Origin: Betaproteobacteria bacterium SG8_41
GTDB lineage: Bacteria; Pseudomonadota; Gammaproteobacteria; Burkholderiales; SG8-41
Direction of reading: 5' to 3'
Length of the DNA: 64,000 nucleotides
NCBI GenBank assembly: GCA_001303585.1
Contig: LJTT01000002.1
Span: 5,837-69,836, forward strand
Part shown: positions 57,660 through 64,000 of the stretch, one piece after another
Numbering within the stretch: the stretch's first letter is position 1
Layout of the letters: every line of letters starts with the position of its first letter
Notes under the pieces: generated by a model
The model's input: only the letters and a program-made list of their open reading frames with translations
What the model was told of the DNA's origin: nothing
Databases searched by the model: none
Position numbers and translations under genes: made by a program

Positions 57660-58922
57660 CGCTGGCTCGTAGTGCCGTTTACTGCGGCGATACTATACGG
57701 GGGCGCACTCGCGATAGCCAGTGAGGTGATCACGGCGCCTGCGCCGCCACCGCCGCCGCTCGGTCCTCCGATTCCGCTTCCGCCGTCGGGCACGGGTCCC
57801 CTCGTGCTGCCACCGATCACGCCCGTCGCGCCGGCGACAGCGCCGCAGCCCCCGTTGCCGAGCGTTGAGCCCGCGGCGCCGAGCGCCCCCGCGACGGCTC
57901 CACAGCCGCCGCTCGCGCCTGCCGCTCCCGACCCGTACGGCGTGCCGCACATTGCGCTGCTCCTCCCGCTCAAGTCGGCGACGTTCGGTCGGCTGGCCGA
58001 GGCGGTCAAGAACGGCTTCCTCGCAGCGGCCAAGGTCCAGGGAAGCGAGCCGCTGCCGCTGCGGGTCTATGCTGTTGGTGATGACCCCGGCCAGATTGTG
58101 TCGAGTTACACCACCGCGCTCGCAGGGGGCGCGCGTATCGTGGTCGGGCCGCTAACGCGCGACGGCGTAACAGCGATCGCAGGCAATCCAATTCCGGTCC
58201 CGACGCTGGCGCTGAACGTGCCCAACGCCGGGACGACGGCGCCCGTGAATCTCTACATGCTGAGCCTGCGCGCCGAAGCGGAAGCGCAGCAGGTCGCGCA
58301 GCTCGCGTTCCAGGATGGCTGGCGCAAGGCCATATCAGTGAGCGCAGACAACGCGCTGATGCTGAGAATTAATCGCGCCTTCGTCGACGAATTCACGCGG
58401 CTCGGGGGCGCGCTCGTAGCCGAATATGCCTTCACGAGCGATCCGGCGAGCTTGTCCCGGATCAAGGAAGCAGCCGGGCTGGGCGTCGCGGACATGGCCT
58501 TCCTGGCGCTCGATTTCTCCCAGGCACGCCTGGCGCGCCCCTACCTCGATCCCCTGGCGCTCTACGCGACGTCGCAGGTCAACCCGGGGGCGATGGGACC
58601 GCTCGCGGGGTTCGATCTGGCCGGCGTGCACTTCCTGGATATGCCCTGGCTTTTGCAACCCGACCACCCCGCAGTCATGATCTATCCCCGCGCCCTTTAT
58701 CGCGAGACCGCGGATCGCGAACGTCTCTACGCGCTTGGCATCGACGCCTTCCGCATCGCGGGCGCCTTGCTGGCAGGCAACGCCGCCGTGGAGATCGACG
58801 GCGTTACCGGCCAGATCAAACTGGGACCCGACCAGCAGTTCGTGCGCAGCCTCACAGCCGCGCAATTCAGCCAGGGCAAGCTCACCATCACCGGCCCGAG
58901 AGCGCAGGGCCTGCCCCGGTGA
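57639..58922 (+). CDS. lpoA: penicillin-binding protein activator LpoA-like (periplasmic-binding-protein fold) with Pro-rich N-terminal linker
   Basis: Signal-like N-terminus, then a Pro/Ala-rich region with a repeated APATAPQPPL, then IALLLPLKS...GARIVVGPL of the type-1 PBP fold. Conserved rsmI-lpoA-yraN context. An in-frame GTG at 57672 is an alternative start. Confidence 0.75.
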   Translation: MRCGVLHRWLVVPFTAAILYGGALAIASEVITAPAPPPPPLGPPIPLPPSGTGPLVLPPITPVAPATAPQPPLPSVEPAAPSAPATAPQPPLAPAAPDPYGVPHIALLLPLKSATFGRLAEAVKNGFLAAAKVQGSEPLPLRVYAVGDDPGQIVSSYTTALAGGARIVVGPLTRDGVTAIAGNPIPVPTLALNVPNAGTTAPVNLYMLSLRAEAEAQQVAQLAFQDGWRKAISVSADNALMLRINRAFVDEFTRLGGALVAEYAFTSDPASLSRIKEAAGLGVADMAFLALDFSQARLARPYLDPLALYATSQVNPGAMGPLAGFDLAGVHFLDMPWLLQPDHPAVMIYPRALYRETADRERLYALGIDAFRIAGALLAGNAAVEIDGVTGQIKLGPDQQFVRSLTAAQFSQGKLTITGPRAQGLPR

Positions 58923-59272
58923 GCGGCCGGGGCGATTCGGCCGAGGCCCTGGCAGCGACTTTCCTGCAGCGCCGCGGGCTCAGAATTCTGTCCCGCAACT
59001 ACCGCTGCCGTTTCGGGGAAATCGACCTCGTGGCCGAGAGCGGCAGAACGCTCGTCTTCGTCGAGGTGCGGGCGCGCAGATCGGACGACTTTGGCGGCCC
59101 CGGTGAGAGCATCACCGTGGCCAAGCGCCGCCGGCTTGTCGCTGCGGCCCGACATTTCCTGGCGGCGGCCGGCGATCGCGCCGCCCGGTTCGACGTCGTG
59201 CTCCTCCGCGGCGAGCCGCCGCAGATCGAGTGGATCACGGACGCGTTTGGTGAAGACAACGCGCGCCGGTAG
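58919..59272 (+). CDS. yraN: YraN family (UPF0102) endonuclease-like protein
   Basis: GEIDLVAE...LVFVEVRAR...RFDVV. Confidence 0.88.
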   Translation: MSGRGDSAEALAATFLQRRGLRILSRNYRCRFGEIDLVAESGRTLVFVEVRARRSDDFGGPGESITVAKRRRLVAAARHFLAAAGDRAARFDVVLLRGEPPQIEWITDAFGEDNARR

Positions 59273-59277
59273 AATAG

Positions 59278-59894
<617 letters not shown>

Positions 59895-59895
<1 letters not shown>

Positions 59896-60461
59896 TGCGC
59901 CAACTTGCGATCGCCGTGCTTCTGATCCTGCCCCTGCTGCATGGCTGCACCGCCGCTTTGATTGGCGGCGCGGCTGCCGGCGGCTACATGGTGGCGGAGG
60001 ACCGCCGCACCATGGGCACAATGACCGAGGACGAGGGCATCGAGATCAAGGCCGCGAGCCGTATCGGCAATCGCTTCAAGGAGGCCGTCCACATCAACGT
60101 CACGAGCTACAACCGGATGGTGCTCCTCACCGGGGAAGTCCCCGATGCAGCCACGAAGGCCGGAGTCGAGCGCATCGCGCGCGCGGTCGAGAACGTGCGC
60201 GGCGTCTACAACGAGCTCGCGATAGCCGGCGTGAGCTCCTACACCGTGCGATCGAACGATTCGCTCATCACCTCCAAGGTCAAGGGCCGCTTTGTCGACG
60301 CCGGGAAATTTCACGCGCTGCACGTCAAGGTCGTGACGGAGAACAGCATCGTCTACCTGATGGGGCTGGTGAAGAAGCAGGAGGCGCAGGACGCGACGGA
60401 GATCGCGCGTACCACGAGCGGCGTGCAAAGGGTCGTGCGGGTGTTCGAATATATCGACTGA
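59895..60461 (+). CDS. BON-domain outer-membrane lipoprotein (DolP/YraP-like)
   Basis: Lipobox LLHGC, followed by two BON-like repeats (NVTSYNRMVLLTGEV and HVKVVTENSIVYLMGLV). Confidence 0.85.
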
Positions 60462-60480
60462 GGAGGCGAATTGGATTGTT

Positions 60481-60573
60481 ATGGGTGATGGGCGATGGGC
60501 GATGGGCGATGACCGAACGCCGTTGGTTTAGACGCGGTTGCCGTTCACGATTCCCGATTTCCCATTCCCTGTT
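60481..60573. repeat. hairpin with GGGCGAT / GGGAAAT repeat arms between convergent genes
   Basis: atgggtgatgggcgatgggcgatgggcgatgacc faces cacgattcccgatttcccattccctg. Confidence 0.8.
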
Positions 60574-60579
60574 TTCGAT

Positions 60580-61008
60580 CTACCGCACATAACGCCGTAA
60601 GCCGCGCATCAGCGGCCCGATCAGCGGCAGCTTCTCGTAGAGTTCCTCGGCCGCGTCCCAGTAGTCACGGTGGTAGTTGACCTTGCCCGCCGCGTCGAAT
60701 TTGAGCAGCGTCACGCCATGAATGCGCCGCGCCGTTGCGGGCTGCCAGGCGCGCATCCGGAAATCGAAATCCCAGACCAACACACCGGATTTGCCCTCCT
60801 CAATGCGCTCGGTTACCCGAAAGCGCGGGTCGGCCAGGTGGCGGTACATGCGCTCGAAGATCGCCTGGATCTCCGGTAGCGTGCGGACCTCGTTGAACGG
60901 GTCCTTGAAATAGCATTCTGCCGCGTAGTAACGGCCCATCTCGCCTAGCGACTCGCGGTCAAGCTTCTCGTAGTACGCCACGAGGGCGTCGATCGTCGCG
61001 TGACTCAC
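60580..61008 (-). CDS. SnoaL-like / NTF2-fold protein
   Basis: The GTG at 61008 overlaps the SDR stop (GTGA) and gives a 142-aa product. YYAAECYFKDPFNEV...VNYHRDYWD is typical of SnoaL-like polyketide-cyclase-fold proteins. Confidence 0.7.
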   Translation of the reverse strand: MSHATIDALVAYYEKLDRESLGEMGRYYAAECYFKDPFNEVRTLPEIQAIFERMYRHLADPRFRVTERIEEGKSGVLVWDFDFRMRAWQPATARRIHGVTLLKFDAAGKVNYHRDYWDAAEELYEKLPLIGPLMRGLRRYVR

Positions 61009-61781
61009 AAGCCGGTGGCCTTGTGAACGAGGTAAAAATACCAGCGGTAAGGCAACAGGCGCAGCAGCTTCATGACGCGGGTGAAGCGTTTCGGGAAATG
61101 GATCTCGAACTCGCCCCGTTCCAGCCCGCGCAGTATTTCCCGCGCCGCCTCCGGCGGCTCGATCAGCGCGGGCATCTTGAACTCGTTTTGGTCGGTGAGA
61201 GGGGTGCGGACGAAACCAGGATTGATAAGATAGACGCCGATGCCTTTTGGCGCCAGGTCCAGATACAGTGTTTCGGCGAGGTTGATCAGCGCCGCCTTGG
61301 TCGCCCCGTACACCAGCGCCTGCGGCAATCCGCGATAACCCGCGACGCTGGACACGATTCCCAGCGCGCCGTGTCCCTGCTCCATCAGTCGCCGGACCAC
61401 CGCCGGCAGACCATCGAGCACGCCCAGCAGATTGGCGGCAACGATGTCCCGCGCCTCGCGGGGCTCGATGTCCCATGCGCGCTGCGGTGCATGGGTGCCC
61501 GCCACGTACAGCACTAGCGTGACTTCGCCCCACGCCGCCACGATTCGCTCGAGAGCCGCCGCAACCGCGCCCTCGTGCGTCACGTCGAGCGGCTCTACCA
61601 GGGCGTGCGCCGGTCGGGATCGGGCAATGTCCTCGAGCGGCGCCCGGCGGCGCGCCGAAAGCGCAACCCTCGCGCCACGCTCGATAAACGCTGCGGAGAG
61701 TGCCGCGCCGATGCCGCTTGACGCGCCGATCACCCAGACACGCTGTCGCGACCAATCCCGGATCGGCGTATTGAGTGCCAT
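61005..61781 (-). CDS. short-chain dehydrogenase/reductase (SDR)
   Basis: VWVIGASSGIGAAL Rossmann motif and the YGATKAAL catalytic YxxxK. Confidence 0.88.
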   Translation of the reverse strand: MALNTPIRDWSRQRVWVIGASSGIGAALSAAFIERGARVALSARRRAPLEDIARSRPAHALVEPLDVTHEGAVAAALERIVAAWGEVTLVLYVAGTHAPQRAWDIEPREARDIVAANLLGVLDGLPAVVRRLMEQGHGALGIVSSVAGYRGLPQALVYGATKAALINLAETLYLDLAPKGIGVYLINPGFVRTPLTDQNEFKMPALIEPPEAAREILRGLERGEFEIHFPKRFTRVMKLLRLLPYRWYFYLVHKATGL

Positions 61782-62309
61782 CTAGCGCTTATGGAAGGAG
61801 AGCGTGACCTCGCCGAGCGTAAATCCGAACTTGCTCATGCGCGAGCGGTTCAGCATCACCGTGTCGTCGACCAGGAACATCCAGTCGTCGAAATCGACCT
61901 CGTAGACCTTTTCGTCCACGGGGAGCCGCAGGACATAGCGCCACCGCAGCGCATTCCCATAAGCCTCGCCCTCGGCCACCCCCACGACATCGTCGGCGGT
62001 CCCGCGATAGCGATTCTCGTCCAGCTTCTCGATGCGCCAGACGCGCCGGCTCGTGGTCCCATCAGCGTAAGTGAACTTTTCGTCGAGCGTCCCGACATTG
62101 CCGCTCCAGCGCCCCTCGATCCGCACCGTGAACCGCTTCACCACCTTCCCGCTGCGATCCTGGAACATGCCGTGAGCATCGAGCTCGCCGTTGAAGTAGC
62201 GCGCAAGGTCGAGCACCGGCTGCTCCGAGCGATAGCTCTCGACCGAAGGGCTGGCGCACCCCGCAAACGCAAGCGCGCTGCCTACCAAGGCAAGCCACGA
62301 CCGTTTCAT
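61782..62309 (-). CDS. DUF3833-family lipoprotein
   Basis: Lipobox LAFAGC. LDLARYFNG...AHGMFQDRSG...RFTVxIxGxW matches the DUF3833 pattern. Confidence 0.7.
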   Translation of the reverse strand: MKRSWLALVGSALAFAGCASPSVESYRSEQPVLDLARYFNGELDAHGMFQDRSGKVVKRFTVRIEGRWSGNVGTLDEKFTYADGTTSRRVWRIEKLDENRYRGTADDVVGVAEGEAYGNALRWRYVLRLPVDEKVYEVDFDDWMFLVDDTVMLNRSRMSKFGFTLGEVTLSFHKR

Positions 62310-63607
62310 ATCGCTTCTCCTTCGAGTTGGCGCTGACGCACACGCGGCGCGGTTTCGATCGGCGCGCGCAGCAGTATGAGCGCCGCGATGACGCGAATGG
62401 CGCAGGGCATCAAGGCGTAAACCCCGGCGAGCGCCAACGAAGGCGTGCCAGGACGGTAACCAAGAAGATCAAGCAGGGGGAACGCAGCCCCCGCTGCGGC
62501 AGCGAGCGCGAACTTCTCGAGCATGTGCCATAAGCCGAAGTAGGACCCATCGGGCCTCGAGCGGCCCGCGCGCTCGTCATGGTCGATCACGTCCGCAAGC
62601 ATGGAGGCGGGCAATGCCAGGTCCGCCCCGAAGGCGAGGCCGGAGAGCGCACACACCAGCGCAAAGGCCAGCGCATCGCCTTCGCCCAGCGAAAATGCCC
62701 AGACGAACGCCACGACGCTCGCGCCCATTGCGGTCAGCCAAGCGTGCTTCTTGCCGATCCAGTGCGCAAGACGCACCCAGAGCGGCATGCCGGCAGCACC
62801 ACAGACGAAGTAAATCGCCAGAAACGCGCCCGCAAGGTCGGGACGGCGCAAGATGTCGCCGACGTAAAAGAGCACCAGCGTCGCCGGCACCGCGGCCGCG
62901 ACGCCATTCACCAGGAACACCAGCGCCAGCCAGCGGAAACCAGGATTCGCGAGCGGCGCAACCAGGGCCCGCAGGCGCAGCGGCTCCGGTTTCGCGCGGG
63001 GCAGCCTCGCCGCAGGCAGCCCGAACCGGAGCGTGACCGCGGCCGCAACCAACAGCAGGACCACGAAAACGACGCTGAACCACGCGAACCCCGCCTCCCG
63101 GCCCAGGCGGGACGAGAGGACCTCCGGGAGCGCCGCGGCCAGTAGCACGCCCACGAGCGCAGCCGCGCCGCGCGCGGCGGTAATGCGCGTTCGTTCATCG
63201 TAGTCGCGCGAAGCCGCGCTGCCGATCGAGAAATAGGCAATGCTCGAGGCACTCAGACCGAGGTAAACGAGGATCAGGCTGATCGCGAGCCAAGTCCCCA
63301 GCCCCCCGGATTCGGGAGGGTTGAACAGCAGCACCATGCCGAGCGCAAGAAAAGGCACCGCGGCCGCGATGATGACACGCCGGCCGCCGTAGCGTTCCGG
63401 GACGCGGTCGGTCAGCAAGCCGAGGAGCGGGTCGGACAGCGCATCGAGCGCGCGCAGGACGAGTAACAGCACGCCGATCGTCGCCAGTGGCAGCCCCAGT
63501 TCCGCATAGTACTTGGGGGCATGAACGTAGATCGGCAAGGCCGCTGCCGCAAGCGGCAACGCGAGCGCCGCATACGCGGCGAGCCACCCTGAGCGGATCG
63601 CGCTCAT
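62306..63607 (-). CDS. MFS transporter (GPH-like)
   Basis: 433-aa ORF with about 12 predicted TM segments and a DRxxxRxGRRR-like loop (LTDRVPERYGGRRV). Confidence 0.8.
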   Translation of the reverse strand: MSAIRSGWLAAYAALALPLAAAALPIYVHAPKYYAELGLPLATIGVLLLVLRALDALSDPLLGLLTDRVPERYGGRRVIIAAAVPFLALGMVLLFNPPESGGLGTWLAISLILVYLGLSASSIAYFSIGSAASRDYDERTRITAARGAAALVGVLLAAALPEVLSSRLGREAGFAWFSVVFVVLLLVAAAVTLRFGLPAARLPRAKPEPLRLRALVAPLANPGFRWLALVFLVNGVAAAVPATLVLFYVGDILRRPDLAGAFLAIYFVCGAAGMPLWVRLAHWIGKKHAWLTAMGASVVAFVWAFSLGEGDALAFALVCALSGLAFGADLALPASMLADVIDHDERAGRSRPDGSYFGLWHMLEKFALAAAAGAAFPLLDLLGYRPGTPSLALAGVYALMPCAIRVIAALILLRAPIETAPRVRQRQLEGEAI

Positions 63608-64000
63608 TGAGACCCGAGCAGGGCGGCGCGAAGCTCGGGACGCCGCGTGCGCTCATCCAGCCAGATTGCAAAAAACGCGCGCGCGAACTCGGCGTCGGGG
63701 ATGCTCCCCAGGATGCGGCCCGCCGAGTAGAACGCGACGCCGTCGCCCGGCAGATGAACGCCGATCAACCGGTCCCCAGCGGCGACGTCGGGGAAGATGC
63801 GTCGCATCGCCGCCAGCCAGCGCAACAGCTGCTCCTCACTGCCCAGGGCCATGCGGCGCATCTCCTCAGCGCTCGTCTCCGCCAGCCGTTCACCGGGAAT
63901 CGAGCGCGCGTAGCGTAACTCGAGCGCGAACGGCGCGTCGAATGACCACTGCCGGCCTTTGACCCACAGCCGCGCATCGTAGACCTGGAAACCGAACCAG
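63604..64000 (-). CDS. chalcone-isomerase-like family protein (5' end outside window)
   Basis: The frame stays open to the window end (WFGFQVYDARLWV...ELRYARSI...). The C-terminus FARAFFAIWLDERT is typical of bacterial chalcone-isomerase-like proteins. Confidence 0.65.
   Translation of the reverse strand, partial: WFGFQVYDARLWVKGRQWSFDAPFALELRYARSIPGERLAETSAEEMRRMALGSEEQLLRWLAAMRRIFPDVAAGDRLIGVHLPGDGVAFYSAGRILGSIPDAEFARAFFAIWLDERTRRPELRAALLGSQ

Noticed and set aside
57599-58033. 144-aa Gly-rich minus-strand ORF opposite the Pro-rich LpoA linker
   Set aside because: It is the mirror image of a Pro/Ala-rich coding region (CCN/GCN codons read as GGN/NGC on the other strand), and it has no start context.
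60580-61755. 391-aa ORF spanning the SnoaL-like gene and most of the SDR gene
   Set aside because: The upstream about 250 residues are a Gly/Arg/Ala-rich alternative frame of the SDR gene, which has clear TGxxxGIG and YxxxK motifs. The GTG at 61008, coupled to the SDR stop, gives the sensible 142-aa product.

Overview
High-GC proteobacterial chromosome segment whose gene order closely follows the Pseudomonas-type core layout. About 13.5-64 kb is housekeeping. It contains rplS-trmD-rimM-rpsP and ffh. It contains pilC-pilD-coaE-zapD-yacG, then a Nudix/ThiE fusion, a DUF815 ATPase, argJ, secA, an M23 peptidase, a DUF721 gene and lpxC. A complete dcw cluster follows on the minus strand (ftsZ-ftsA-ftsQ-ddl-murB-murC-murG-ftsW-murD-mraY-murF-murE-ftsI-ftsL-rsmH-mraZ). 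After it come RNase P RNA, chaC-like, pyrC, rsmI, lpoA, yraN, a SIS/DiaA-like gene, a BON lipoprotein, and part of an SDR/DUF3833/MFS/chalcone-isomerase-like cluster. The first ~13.4 kb is an accessory-looking, single-strand metabolic island. It encodes an ADP-forming acyl-CoA synthetase, an amidohydrolase, an Ldh_2 dehydrogenase, a complex-II flavoprotein separated from its Fe-S and anchor subunits, a two-subunit Fe-S hydro-lyase, a leaderless Cys-type sulfatase and a split UxaA/SuyAB-like lyase. Three things stand out. (1) A small conserved hairpin element occurs three times. Each copy is bracketed by a long locus-specific direct duplication of 37-92 bp. Two copies sit inside the 5' ends of the essential genes ddl and murC, where the duplication regenerates the gene start and creates a leader ORF that stops at or next to the real start codon. 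(2) A pervasive family of intergenic hairpins has arms built from short tandem repeats (7-10 nt units). One heptamer array lies in frame inside murE. (3) The RNase P RNA carries a greatly expanded P12 region. No CRISPR array, tRNA, rRNA, transposase or recognisable defence system was seen.
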